Part shown: positions 42,881 through 52,478 of the stretch, piece after piece
Layout: each line of letters starts with the position of its first letter
Numbering within the stretch: the first letter of the stretch is position 1
NCBI GenBank assembly: GCA_031441465.1
Contig: JANOEP010000008.1
Span: 1 to 64,000, forward strand
Origin: a bacterium
GTDB lineage: Bacteria; Krumholzibacteriota; Krumholzibacteriia; LZORAL124-64-63
DNA length: 64,000 bases
Reading direction: 5' to 3'
Translations under genes and position numbers: made by a program
The notes under the pieces: generated by a model
Told to the model about the DNA's origin: nothing
The model's input: the letters and a program-made list of their open reading frames with translations, nothing else
Databases searched by the model: none

Positions 42881-45028
42881 TCAGGCGAAGCCCAGCGCCC
42901 GGCCGCCCTGGTAGACGAGCAGGGAGGCCAGGTAGGCGGCGACGGTCAGGTAGCTCAGCATGAACAGCGTCCAGCCCCAGCTGGCGGTCTCGCGGCGGGT
43001 GACCGCCAGCGTGCTCATGCACTGCATGGCGATCATGAAGAAGACGATGAGGCTCACCCCGGTCAGCGGCGTCCACACGGGCCGGCCGTCGGGTCGGCGG
43101 TCGCGGAGCATGGCCTCGCGCAGGGTCTCATCGGCGGCGTCGCCGTCGCCGCCGACGCCGTAGACCACGCCCATCGTGCCCACGAAGACCTCGCGCGCGG
43201 CGAAGGCGCCGATCAGACCGATGCCGATCTTCCAGTCGAAGCCCAGGGGCTCGATCACGGGCTCGATCGCGCCGCCGATGCGGCCGGCGTAGCTGTGGCG
43301 CAGCTGCTCGGACTGGACCGCGGCGGCGGCGGTCCCGTCGGGCAGGTCCGCGCCGGCGCGCGGGAACGACAGCAGCACCCAGAGCACGACCGTCATCACC
43401 AGGATCACCGTGCCGGCGGTGGTCAGGAACGCCCGCGAGCGCTCCCACATGACCATCAGGACGGTCTTGGGGTCGGGCATGCGGTAGGCCGGCAGCTCCA
43501 GCAGCAGCGGGCGCGGGCGCCCCTTGAAGACGGTGCGGCCCAGCAGGCCCACGGCCAGCAGCGCCAGCAACGAACTCAGCACGTAGATCCCCAGCAGCAC
43601 CAGGGTGCCGGTGCTCAGGAAGCCGATCTTCTGCGCGGCGGGGAAGGTCAGCGCGATGACCAGGGTGTAGACCGGCAGGCGCGCCGAGCAGCTGATCAGC
43701 GGCACGGCCATGATCGTCAGGAAGCGGTCGCGGCGGTTGTCGATGGTGCGCGTGGCCATGATCGCGGGGATGGCGCAGGCGTAGCCGCTGAGCATCGGAA
43801 CGAAGGCCTGGCCGTGCAGGCCGAGCCTGCGCATGAGCCGGTCGATCAGGAAGGCCGCGCGCGCCAGGTAGCCGGTGCCCTCGAGGATCGAGATGAACAG
43901 GAACAGGAACAGGATCTGCGGCAGGAACACCAGCACGCCCCCCACGCCGGCGATCACGCCGTCCAGCAGCAGGTCCCGCAGGAACCCGGCCGGCAGCACG
44001 CCGCGCAGCGCGCCCGCGAGCCCGCCGACGCCGTTCTCGATCAGGCCCATGAACGGCTCGGACCAGGAGAACAGCGTCTGGAAGATCAGGCCCATGATCG
44101 TCACGAAGACCGCCGTGCCCCACAGTGGGTGCGTGAGCACGGCGTCGATGCGCTCGGTCTGGTGGCTGCGGGGAGGGTTGCGGGTGATCAGGCGCGGGGC
44201 CAGCAGGTCGATCTTCGCGTAGCGGGCCGCCACCGCTTCACGCGCGAGGTCGCGGCCTTCGGCTTCCAGGCGGGCGCGCACCTCGAGGGCGATGCCGCGC
44301 AGGCGCGGCCGGACTTCGAGTTCGCTGTGCGGGGTCACGCTCATCATCAGCCACAGGGCGAACGCGCGGCGCGCGGCGGGCGTGGGCAGGCTGAACTGCA
44401 CCTCTTCGCGGATCGCCGCGTCGAACTGGTCGAGGTCGCGGGACAGCTCGGCGCAGGGCTCCCACAGCCAGTCCGGCGCCGGTGGCGGCCGCTCGTCCGC
44501 CAGCAGGTCGTCGAGCGTCTCGCGGAGCAGATCGAGGCCCTGGCGGCGGCGCGCGACCGTACCCACGACCGGAATCCCGAACTCCTTGCGCAGCGCGTCG
44601 AAGTGCAGGTCAATGCCCTCGCCGCGCGCGGCGTCGATCATGTTGACCACCGCGATGACCGGCAGCCCGAACTCCATCACCTGCATCAGGAAGAACAGGC
44701 TGCGCTCGAGCGCGACGGCGTCCAGCACGACCAGGACCGCGTCGGGGCGCGGCAGCCCCTTGCGCCCCAGCAGCGAGTTGATCGCCACCTCCTCGTCGGG
44801 AGAACGCGCCGTCAGGCTGTAGGTGCCGGGCACGTCGACCAGCGTGACGCGCCCGGCGCGCGGCAGCTCGGCCTCGGCGGTGCGCGACTCGACGGTGATG
44901 CCGGGATAGTTGCCGATCTTGGCGTGGGCGCCGGTCAGCGCGTTGAAAAGGGTCGTCTTGCCGCTGTTGGGGTTGCCGGCGACGGCGACGATCCGCTGCC
45001 GGCGAGCGGGGTCCGGGACGGGGGCCAT
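42881..45028 (-). CDS. feoB: Ferrous iron transporter FeoB
   Basis: [30 protein letters not shown], gate motifs [21 protein letters not shown]. Confidence 0.95.
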   Translation of the reverse strand: MAPVPDPARRQRIVAVAGNPNSGKTTLFNALTGAHAKIGNYPGITVESRTAEAELPRAGRVTLVDVPGTYSLTARSPDEEVAINSLLGRKGLPRPDAVLVVLDAVALERSLFFLMQVMEFGLPVIAVVNMIDAARGEGIDLHFDALRKEFGIPVVGTVARRRQGLDLLRETLDDLLADERPPPAPDWLWEPCAELSRDLDQFDAAIREEVQFSLPTPAARRAFALWLMMSVTPHSELEVRPRLRGIALEVRARLEAEGRDLAREAVAARYAKIDLLAPRLITRNPPRSHQTERIDAVLTHPLWGTAVFVTIMGLIFQTLFSWSEPFMGLIENGVGGLAGALRGVLPAGFLRDLLLDGVIAGVGGVLVFLPQILFLFLFISILEGTGYLARAAFLIDRLMRRLGLHGQAFVPMLSGYACAIPAIMATRTIDNRRDRFLTIMAVPLISCSARLPVYTLVIALTFPAAQKIGFLSTGTLVLLGIYVLSSLLALLAVGLLGRTVFKGRPRPLLLELPAYRMPDPKTVLMVMWERSRAFLTTAGTVILVMTVVLWVLLSFPRAGADLPDGTAAAAVQSEQLRHSYAGRIGGAIEPVIEPLGFDWKIGIGLIGAFAAREVFVGTMGVVYGVGGDGDAADETLREAMLRDRRPDGRPVWTPLTGVSLIVFFMIAMQCMSTLAVTRRETASWGWTLFMLSYLTVAAYLASLLVYQGGRALGFA

Positions 45029-45053
45029 CGCGTCCTCCGGCGAGCGTTCGGGG

Positions 45054-45278
45054 TCAGAGGGAGCGGCAGCGGATCAGCGCCGCTTCCTGCTTGCGGATCG
45101 AGAGCCGATAACCGCGGACCTTGATCTCGATGGGGTCGCCCATGGGTGCGTGCCGGACCACCGACAGCTGGGTGCCGGGTGTGAGACCCATCTCCATGAG
45201 GCGCATCCGCAGCCCGTTGCAGGGGTCGATGTCGAGGAGTTCGGCGGCCGATCCGGCAGGCACCAGGTCGAGTGTCAC
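45054..45278 (-). CDS. feoA: FeoA SH3-like protein (start uncertain; alternative TTG at 45332)
   Basis: RLMEMGLTPG, APMGDPIEIKVRGYRLSIRK; directly upstream of feoB. Confidence 0.9.
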   Translation of the reverse strand: MTLDLVPAGSAAELLDIDPCNGLRMRLMEMGLTPGTQLSVVRHAPMGDPIEIKVRGYRLSIRKQEAALIRCRSL

Positions 45279-45367
45279 GCGCGTTCCGATCGTTGGTGCA
45301 CCGGGTCTTGCGGCTATGTCTTGGTTGGACAAGACTTATTGGTATAACAAAGATATGTGCGTAACAA

Positions 45368-47320
45368 CTAGGCGCAAGGATTTTTTACTGCCGGCGGCGA
45401 GGTGAGCGAAGCTTGTAATCCCGCTCGTTGCAAGCCTTCGAGGAGCCCTGGCCGCCAGTCGGCGCCGTTCCCGCATCCGCCGGTCCGACGGTAGCATTCA
45501 GCCCGTACGGCCAACACGGGGAAGTCGCCGGGACCGCTCGCGGCCAGTTCCGGCTGCGAGACCAGGGGCATCACCGCGGCGGCTAGCCAGCCGGTGGGCA
45601 GTTCGGCGTCCAGATCGGCGATCACGAGGCAGGCGCCACGCGCCGAGCCGGCGGCGCGGTCGATGGCGGCGGACCGGTCGATGGCGGCTGCGTGACCGTC
45701 GGCGGCGACGGCTGCGGTCAACCGCAGACCGGGCTGAGTCGGGATCGCACGTTCTAGGTACCGGCGCGCCGACGCGCTCAGGCCGACGTCGACCACCACG
45801 TACTCGAGTTCCGTGGGCAACTTCTCGGCGGCGAGGGCGATGAGGCCGCGCAGGACGGCCGCAAGGTCGCCCAAGGCCGGCAACAAGACCGAGACTTCGG
45901 GCGCCGGCGGCGGTGTCGGTGCAAGCGGCCTCGCCGCGATGCGCCCGCCCGACGGCATCGCACCCGACCACAGCCCGAGTCGCTGGGCGTCCTGGCCGAG
46001 CAGATCCCAGGCGAGCCGGGCGTGGGCGAGATGACGCGCGCTGCGGCAGGTCTGCGTCGAGCGCTGGCGGAAGGAACTCAGCGGCTCGCGCAGGAGCACG
46101 AGGTCCCCCTTGCTCAGCAGATGGCACCAGAGAGACATGTCGCCGTTGGTCAGGGCCCGCCGGCCGCCGAAGGACATCAGGGCCGGCAAGGCGTCGGCGG
46201 CGTCCTCGCGCCGGAAGAGGCAGGTCGTGGGTTCGCCGATCAGGTTGCGGCGGTTGCCCATCATCAGGGCGGCGAGGCTCGTGCCGGGGATCAGCACGTC
46301 GACCGCAGCCAGCGGCGCGTTGAAGTCGTCGGGCAGGGCGCCGCCTTCCTCGTCGATCAGGCGGCGGTAGGAAGCCGCCAGGGTCGCCTCGCGGCGATCG
46401 GCGAGCGCCGCGGTCAGGCGCGCCACGCAGTCCGGCTCCAGCAGGTCGTCGTCGGCCAGGCACTTGACGTACTCGCCGCGCGCCCGCTCGTAGAGGGCCT
46501 GCCAGTTGTCGATCTCTCCCAGCGGCGACGGGTTGCGCACGTAGTCCACGCGCGGATCCTCGACGGCGTGGCGCCGGCAGATCTCCGCGATCTCGCCGCC
46601 GGGACTGTCGTCCCCGACCAGGATCTCCAGGTGCGCATGGGTCTGGCGCCGCGCGGACAGCAGCGCCGCTTCGAACCAGCGTGGCTCGTAGGCGGCGATC
46701 AGCACGCTGATCAGGGCCGGCCCGTCCGCGGGGCGGGGCGGCGGAGCGGGTCGCCGGAACTCCATGACCAGGTGGCGGCCGAGTCGGGACTCGACGCCCT
46801 GGAAGAACGGCCAGACGCTCTCCCCCGTCGCGCACGCCTTGGGCTCCGCCAGCCCGGCCAGACGGGCCAGGCGCTTCAGCTCGGTCGCGTCGACCACGTG
46901 CTGGTGGCCCCAGTCCCGCAGGCAGACGTTCAGCATCTCGCAGGGGTTGGCCAGCCAGTCGTAGCCGTAGTCCTTCAGGCCGCAGCGCTCGTGCCAGTCG
47001 GGGTCGGCGTAGCAGCGGACGATCTCGGCGAGATCCGGTGTGGCGACGCGCACCACGCCGCCCGGCCGCAGCGCGCGGCGGCATTCGCGCAGGAAGGCCA
47101 GCAGCTCGCCCTGCGTCAGGTGCTCGACGAAGTGCTCGCTGTGGATCCCGTCGACGGTGCCGTCGGCGAAGGGCAGGCCGCGCCGGACGTCGAGCTTCAG
47201 GTCGGCGTCGCGGTCCAGGTCGAGGTTGACGAAGCCGGGCAGCGGTTGGTCGCCGCAGCCCACGTTCACAAGCACGTCGGCGGCTTCAGGCCCGGCGATC
47301 CGGAGCGGGCTTTCGGTCAC
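45368..47320 (-). CDS. SAM methyltransferase-GT2 glycosyltransferase fusion with degenerate third GT-like domain
   Basis: GTG start overlapping the aminotransferase stop; NVGCG, SEHFVEH, LRPGGVVRVATPD; ISVLIAAY, VGDDS, LADDD, IGEPT. Confidence 0.8.
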   Translation of the reverse strand: MTESPLRIAGPEAADVLVNVGCGDQPLPGFVNLDLDRDADLKLDVRRGLPFADGTVDGIHSEHFVEHLTQGELLAFLRECRRALRPGGVVRVATPDLAEIVRCYADPDWHERCGLKDYGYDWLANPCEMLNVCLRDWGHQHVVDATELKRLARLAGLAEPKACATGESVWPFFQGVESRLGRHLVMEFRRPAPPPRPADGPALISVLIAAYEPRWFEAALLSARRQTHAHLEILVGDDSPGGEIAEICRRHAVEDPRVDYVRNPSPLGEIDNWQALYERARGEYVKCLADDDLLEPDCVARLTAALADRREATLAASYRRLIDEEGGALPDDFNAPLAAVDVLIPGTSLAALMMGNRRNLIGEPTTCLFRREDAADALPALMSFGGRRALTNGDMSLWCHLLSKGDLVLLREPLSSFRQRSTQTCRSARHLAHARLAWDLLGQDAQRLGLWSGAMPSGGRIAARPLAPTPPPAPEVSVLLPALGDLAAVLRGLIALAAEKLPTELEYVVVDVGLSASARRYLERAIPTQPGLRLTAAVAADGHAAAIDRSAAIDRAAGSARGACLVIADLDAELPTGWLAAAVMPLVSQPELAASGPGDFPVLAVRAECYRRTGGCGNGADWRPGLLEGLQRAGLQASLTSPPAVKNPCA

Positions 47321-48573
47321 GGGGCGCTCCCTCGGCGGACGGCGTGGGGCCAGCGGTCGCGGATGTCGGCGGCGTTCGCGACCATCGTGCGCAGCAGACC
47401 GCCGATGCGCGCGACGTCGGCGGGCTCGACGCCGCCGCCGGTGGGCAGGGCCAGCACCCGGTCGGTGACGCGCTCGGTGCGGGGCAGCAGCAGGCCGGCG
47501 TGCGGGAACAGGGAACGGTAGGGCTCCATGCGGTGGCAGCCGGGGTGGAAGTAACGGCGGGCGAGGACGTTCTCGGCCCGCAGCAGCGCGACCAGCTGGT
47601 CGCGCGACAGGCCGGCTTCGTCGCGGTCCACCTCGACCACGACGTACTGGTAGTTGTTCCGTTCGCGCTCGTCGTAGCGCATGAGCGCGAGTCCGGGCAC
47701 GCCGCGCAGCTCGCGGCGGTAGGCGTCGTAGTGGCCGCGGTTGACCGCGACGATCCCGGTTTCCGCCTCCAGCGAGGTGAGCCCCATGGCCGCCGAGACC
47801 TCGGTCATCTTGCCGTTGACCCCGACGTGGATCACGCGGTCCTCGCCGGCGAAGCCGAAGTTCTGCATCAGGCGGACGCGCTCGGCCAGGTCGTCGTCGT
47901 CGGTGGCGACGGCGCCCCCCTCGAAGGCGTTGAGGAACTTCGTGGCGTGGAAACTGAAGATCTCGCAGCGGCCGAAGCCGCCGACCGCGCGCCCGTCGCG
48001 CGTGCAGCCGAAGGCGTGCGCGGCGTCGAACAGCAGCTGCAGGCCGCGGCGTTCGGCCACGCGCTGCAGCTCGGCGACCCGGGCCGTGCGCCCGAACAGG
48101 TGCACGCCGATGATGCCGGTGGTGCGCGGCGTGATCAGCTCTTCGACCCGCTCGGGGTCGAGCGTGTAGCCGCCGGGCTCGATGTCGCAGAACACCGGCG
48201 TGATGCGCTGCCACTGCAGCGCGTGGGCGGTGGCGACGAAGGTGAACGAGGGCACGATGACCTCGCCCTGCAGGTCCAGCGCCCGCACGGCGATCTCCAG
48301 CGCGGTCGTCGCGTTGCACGTCACCACGACGTGCTTCACGCCGACGCGCTCGGCCAGGCGCCGTTCGAACTCCTCGACCAGCGGGCCGCGGTTGGTCAGC
48401 CAGCGGCGGTCGAGCAGTCCCTCGATGCGCTGCAGCAGGGCCGTGCGATCGCCCAGGTTCGGGGCGCCGACGTGTCGGGGAACCGCAAAGGCCGGTTCCC
48501 CGCCGAAGTACGCCAGGCGGGGGGTGCCCGACGCTTCCTGAACGCTCGTCTGGGGGAGGTTTGCCGTCCTCAC
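47317..48573 (-). CDS. DegT/DnrJ/EryC1/StrS NDP-sugar aminotransferase (DesI-like)
   Basis: CNATTAL, PSFTFVATAH, FDAAHAFG, SFHATK (PLP lysine), NGKMTE, RRYF. Confidence 0.9.
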   Translation of the reverse strand: MRTANLPQTSVQEASGTPRLAYFGGEPAFAVPRHVGAPNLGDRTALLQRIEGLLDRRWLTNRGPLVEEFERRLAERVGVKHVVVTCNATTALEIAVRALDLQGEVIVPSFTFVATAHALQWQRITPVFCDIEPGGYTLDPERVEELITPRTTGIIGVHLFGRTARVAELQRVAERRGLQLLFDAAHAFGCTRDGRAVGGFGRCEIFSFHATKFLNAFEGGAVATDDDDLAERVRLMQNFGFAGEDRVIHVGVNGKMTEVSAAMGLTSLEAETGIVAVNRGHYDAYRRELRGVPGLALMRYDERERNNYQYVVVEVDRDEAGLSRDQLVALLRAENVLARRYFHPGCHRMEPYRSLFPHAGLLLPRTERVTDRVLALPTGGGVEPADVARIGGLLRTMVANAADIRDRWPHAVRRGSAP

Positions 48574-48617
48574 TCCGTCCTCCTGTAGGAGGTGTCCTCA
48601 TGCTTCGCTGGCGTGGT

Positions 48618-48633
48618 TGCAAGCGGCGGGCCG
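48618..48633 (-). promoter_or_regulatory. sigma54-type promoter motif for the aminotransferase operon
   Basis: Minus strand CGGCCCGCCGCTTGCA (GG-N10-GC). Confidence 0.45.
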
Positions 48634-48769
48634 GGCCGCAACCGGTGGCGAGAGCCCGGGAACGGGCTTTCAGGGGTCCTGGCGGCCAGAATCCGACCAG
48701 CGACCTGCCCGGCCTGGCCGGAACGCGGCACCGGGTGGGCCCGGCGGGGCCCGTCCGGCCCGGGAACGC

Positions 48770-48784
48770 TGGCATGGGCCTTGC
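48770..48784 (+). promoter_or_regulatory. sigma54-type promoter motif for the GT2-TPR gene
   Basis: TGGCATGGGCCTTGC, close to consensus TGGCAC-N5-TTGC. Confidence 0.55.
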
Positions 48785-48826
48785 CTTTCCCGCAGGTCAC
48801 CCTGACCCGAACCGGAGGGACCACCC

Positions 48827-50413
48827 CTGGCCACCCCGCGCCTGAGTCTGTGCATGATCGTCCGCGACGAGGCAGGGATGCTCCCGGGCCTGCTCGAGAG
48901 CGTCGCCGGCCTGTGGGACGAACTGGTCGCCGTGGACAGCGGTTCGCGCGACGCGACCGTGCCGCTGCTGGAAGCGGCCGGCGCGCGCGTCGTGCCGTTC
49001 GTCTGGCGGGACGACTTCGCCGCGGCGCGCAACGCCGCACTCACGGCCGCGACCGGGGACTGGGTCCTGATGCTCGACGCCGACGAACGCGTCAGCCCCG
49101 AATTGGCGGCGTCCATCCGCGGCCTGCTGGCTGACCCGTACGCGGGTGCGGCGACCGTCCTGCTGCGCGACGAGCTGCCCCACGGCCACGTCCACGAGTG
49201 CCGCCTGCTGCGCCTGTTCCGCCGCGATGCCGCGATCCGCTACGAGCACGCGATCCACGAGGACGCCGCGTGCACCGTCGCCGCGGTGCTGCTGCGGGAC
49301 AAGCGGGAGACGCGCGACCTCGACGGCGTCCTGCGGCACCTGGGCTACGCGCGCGATGTCGCCGCCGCGCGCGACAAGAAGGACCGCGACGTCACCCTGC
49401 TGCGGCGCTGCCTCGCCGCCGATCCGGGCGACTGGTACAGCCGCTACAAGTTGCTCGAGCAGGCCCGCTTCTGGAACGACGCCCCGCTCTGGCGGCGCGA
49501 GGCGCTGACGGCCGCGTCGCTGCTGGACCGGGCCGGGCCCCGCGCGCTGGACGGTTTCCGCTTCGCCGGCGACCTCATTGTGCACATCGGACGGGGACTG
49601 GCGGACGGGGCCATCCGGGAACTGGCTTGGTTGGATCGCTGGGCGCCGACCGCCGCGAGCGCGGCGGAATACTGGCTGCGCCGGGGCGAAGTGCTCGAAG
49701 CGCTGGGCCGCGCCGACGCCGCCGCGGACGCCTACCGGGCCTGCCAGGAGCGCGGCGACGTCGCCTCGTCCCAGACCGCAGGCGTCCGACCGCTGATGGG
49801 CTTGAGTCGGCTGGCCGCCGCCCGCGGCGAGCTGCGCGAAGCACTGGCGCTGGCCGAGTCGGCGCTCGAGCACGCGCCCCGCGATCCCGAGGCCCTGCTG
49901 GCCGCCGTCGCCTTCGCCCACCTGGTGCGCGACGCTGACGGCCTGGCTTCGCGCTACCACCGCCGCCACGGCAACCCGCCGCAGTGGCACGCCGCGGTGG
50001 GCGAGCACGCGCTGGTCCGCGGCGACTGGACGGCCGCCCGCGCCGCCCTGGCCCGCGCCGCCGGCACGCCGCCCCGCGGGGCCGCCGCCCTGAAGCTGGC
50101 CCAGGCCCGGCTGGCCTGCGGGGACGTCGGCGGAGCGCGCTCGCTGGCGGCTTCACTGATGGCGGAACACCCCGCGGCCGCCCTGGGCGTGGTGGTGTGC
50201 GACCTGATCGCCGGGCGCGACCTCGACCTCGAGGTGGACCTGGAACCCGAGGTCGCCGACGTCGCGCTGCGGGCGTGGATCGACGTGCTGTGGCGGAGCA
50301 AGCGGCTGGACCTGATGGGGAGTTTCGCGGATCGGTGCGAGGCGATCTCCGCCTCGTTCCCGTGGCTTCCCGAACACTTGCGGATGGCGACGCTGGCCCT
50401 GAGTTCCGTGTGA
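48827..50413 (+). CDS. GT2 glycosyltransferase with TPR repeats (probable CTG start)
   Basis: PRLSLCMIVRDE, VDSGSRD, DDFAAARN, LDADE, IHE, HLGY; TPR-like tail. Confidence 0.85.
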   Translation: MATPRLSLCMIVRDEAGMLPGLLESVAGLWDELVAVDSGSRDATVPLLEAAGARVVPFVWRDDFAAARNAALTAATGDWVLMLDADERVSPELAASIRGLLADPYAGAATVLLRDELPHGHVHECRLLRLFRRDAAIRYEHAIHEDAACTVAAVLLRDKRETRDLDGVLRHLGYARDVAAARDKKDRDVTLLRRCLAADPGDWYSRYKLLEQARFWNDAPLWRREALTAASLLDRAGPRALDGFRFAGDLIVHIGRGLADGAIRELAWLDRWAPTAASAAEYWLRRGEVLEALGRADAAADAYRACQERGDVASSQTAGVRPLMGLSRLAAARGELREALALAESALEHAPRDPEALLAAVAFAHLVRDADGLASRYHRRHGNPPQWHAAVGEHALVRGDWTAARAALARAAGTPPRGAAALKLAQARLACGDVGGARSLAASLMAEHPAAALGVVVCDLIAGRDLDLEVDLEPEVADVALRAWIDVLWRSKRLDLMGSFADRCEAISASFPWLPEHLRMATLALSSV

Positions 50414-50479
50414 GACCGGATCCGGCCTCATCGCGGCGACTTGTTGCGGCCATCACGATGCGTCGGCCGACCTCCCTGC

Positions 50480-50517
50480 TTGACGGACATCCGTGATGTG
50501 ATTACAATGTAGCCACA
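50480..50517 (+). promoter_or_regulatory. sigma70 promoter and palindromic operator of first MazEF module
   Basis: TTGACG-17-TACAAT overlapped by imperfect palindrome TGTGATTACA-A-TGTAGCCACA. Confidence 0.7.
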
Positions 50518-50533
50518 CACGGGAGGCCCGCCG

Positions 50534-50788
50534 ATGAAATCCAGGATCGTCAGAATCGGCAACTCGCGGGGGATCCGTATCCCCAAGCTGCTGATCGAAC
50601 AATCGGGGATCGCCGACGAGGTCGAGATCGAACTCAGCGGCAACGCCCTGGTGATCCGATCGGCGCGTCCGCCTCGATCCGGGTGGGAGGATTCGTTCCG
50701 TGCGATGGCGGCCGTCGGCGACGACACGCTGTTGGATCCCGGTTCGATCGGAGCCACCCGCTGGGATGAAGAGGAATGGGAATGGTGA
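50534..50788 (+). CDS. AbrB/MazE antitoxin
   Basis: IVRIGNSRGIRIPK swapped-hairpin motif; acidic WDEEEWEW tail. Confidence 0.9.
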   Translation: MKSRIVRIGNSRGIRIPKLLIEQSGIADEVEIELSGNALVIRSARPPRSGWEDSFRAMAAVGDDTLLDPGSIGATRWDEEEWEW

Positions 50789-51105
50789 TCAACCGGTTCG
50801 AGGTCCACCTGGTCGATCTCGACCCGACCGTGGGGAGCGAGATCAGGAAGACCCGGCCTTGTCTGGTCGTGTCCCCGGACGAGATGAATCACCATATCCG
50901 GACCGTGATCGTGGCGCCGATGACAACGAGAGGGCATGCCTACCCGACCAGGATCCCCTGTCGCTTCAAGGGCAAGACGGGGCAAGTCGTGCTGGACCAG
51001 CTCCGCACCGTCGACTCGAGCCGATTGGTCAAGAAGCTGGGGCGCCTCGGGGAAAAAACGGCAACCGAGGTTCTCCAGGCGCTTGGTGAGATGTTCGCGC
51101 CGTGA
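50782..51105 (+). CDS. PemK/MazF endoribonuclease toxin
   Basis: LDPTVGSEIRKTRPCLVVSPDEMN, VAPMTT, DQLRTVD. Confidence 0.92.
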   Translation: MVINRFEVHLVDLDPTVGSEIRKTRPCLVVSPDEMNHHIRTVIVAPMTTRGHAYPTRIPCRFKGKTGQVVLDQLRTVDSSRLVKKLGRLGEKTATEVLQALGEMFAP

Positions 51106-51235
51106 AGCGTCCTTCAGTCACGTGATCCTGTCGGAAATCCCTCCGGCCGACGTCGACAGCCTCCCGCGATCCAACCCTCCCATCATCACGATGCGATCCA
51201 CGAACACCGCCAGGGGATGATCCCCGGCCAAGACC

Positions 51236-51277
51236 TTGCAGCGGCTGGAGACCCATGGTATCATCATTGTATATACG
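51236..51277 (+). promoter_or_regulatory. sigma70 promoter and AT-rich operator region of second MazEF module
   Basis: TTGCAG-17-TATCAT followed by CATTGTATATAC. Confidence 0.55.
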
Positions 51278-51308
51278 CATCCTGAGCCCATTTGCGAGGG
51301 GCGAGAAC

Positions 51309-51551
51309 ATGAGACTGCGGATCCAGAAGTGGGGCAACAGTTTGGCGTTGCGGATTCCCAAGCCGTTCGCGGAGGAGGTCCGCGTCCATCAGGGGTCCAT
51401 GGTCGAAGTCGCGCTGGTCGAAGGAAAACTCGTCGTGTCGCCGGTCGACCGGGAGACGTCGAGCCTTGAGGAGCTTCTGGCCGGTGTGTCGCGTGGCAAC
51501 CTCCCGGCGTCGGTTGACTACGGGCCACCGGTCGGTCGGGAGATCTGGTGA
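51309..51551 (+). CDS. mazE: MazE antitoxin
   Basis: IQKWGNSLALRIPK, SLEELLAGV, GPPVGREIW. Confidence 0.9.
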   Translation: MRLRIQKWGNSLALRIPKPFAEEVRVHQGSMVEVALVEGKLVVSPVDRETSSLEELLAGVSRGNLPASVDYGPPVGREIW

Positions 51552-51901
51552 CGCCCGGCGGTTATGTCCCGGACCGGGGCGACGCGGTCTGGATCACGTT
51601 GAATCCTCAAGCGGGGCACGAGCAGGCGGGGCGGCGCCCGGCGTTCGTCATTTCCCCACATGCGTACAACGCCAAAGTCGGGTTGGCGATCATGTGCCCG
51701 ATCACGAGTCGGGTGAAGGGTTATCCGTTCGAGGTCGTCATTGCTGCCGGTTCAGGCGTCAGCGGGGCGATCTTATCCGACCAGGTCAAGAGTCTGGACT
51801 GGCGGGAGCGACGAGCGGCATTGGTTTGCCGGCTGCCGGACGACACGGTGACCGAAGTTCTCGATAAACTGCAGACGCTCCTGAAACATGAGGGAGCATG
51901 A
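51548..51901 (+). CDS. mazF: MazF endoribonuclease toxin
   Basis: YVPDRGD, NPQAGHEQAGRRPA, CPITSRVKGYPFEV, DQVKSLDWRER; GTGA overlap with mazE. Confidence 0.93.
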   Translation: MTPGGYVPDRGDAVWITLNPQAGHEQAGRRPAFVISPHAYNAKVGLAIMCPITSRVKGYPFEVVIAAGSGVSGAILSDQVKSLDWRERRAALVCRLPDDTVTEVLDKLQTLLKHEGA

Positions 51902-51927
51902 CCGGCCGCCGCACCCCGGCGGGTCAT

Positions 51928-52449
51928 TCACTGATACCAGCCCCGCGCCGCCGGCAGCCGCTTGAAACCGGGGCGGCTCTCGATGAACTCGCTCAGCAGA
52001 CGCCCCAAGGTTTCCGCGCGATCGCATTCGACACATGGGCTCTGGTCGCACGTCGTCCAATAGGATGTGTGCCGTCGAGCGCCCACCGAGATGCGGAGCA
52101 GGTATTCCGAACAGGGCTGCTGCATGGTCTTGTAGGCGTTCGTGTCCGGTGGAGCCACGTGCACCGGCTGAGCGAAAAACCCGAGAGAATCGGCCAACGT
52201 GATGATCCGCGACTTTTCCCGGGCCTTGAGCGGGAAGCGGACGACGAGCGGGGGATCGCCGATCATGTCCTTCACCAGCGTCTCGCTGACCGTGTCGAGG
52301 CGATTGCGCCCCCCCGCTCCCCAATGGAAGAGGATCTCAGCCTGGTCCCTGGTCGCGGGTTGCGGCGGCGGCATCGCACAGCCGGCGACCAGCGTGCCGA
52401 GGCCCACGAGGGCCACGAGTAGATCGCGGCATCGACCGGGTCCAGCCAT
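51928..52449 (-). CDS. Hypothetical lipoprotein
   Basis: Start MAGPGRC, lipobox VAGC; four Cys in the mature part. Confidence 0.55.
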   Translation of the reverse strand: MAGPGRCRDLLVALVGLGTLVAGCAMPPPQPATRDQAEILFHWGAGGRNRLDTVSETLVKDMIGDPPLVVRFPLKAREKSRIITLADSLGFFAQPVHVAPPDTNAYKTMQQPCSEYLLRISVGARRHTSYWTTCDQSPCVECDRAETLGRLLSEFIESRPGFKRLPAARGWYQ

Positions 52450-52478
52450 GAAGCGCCCCTTCGACGCAACGGCGGGCG

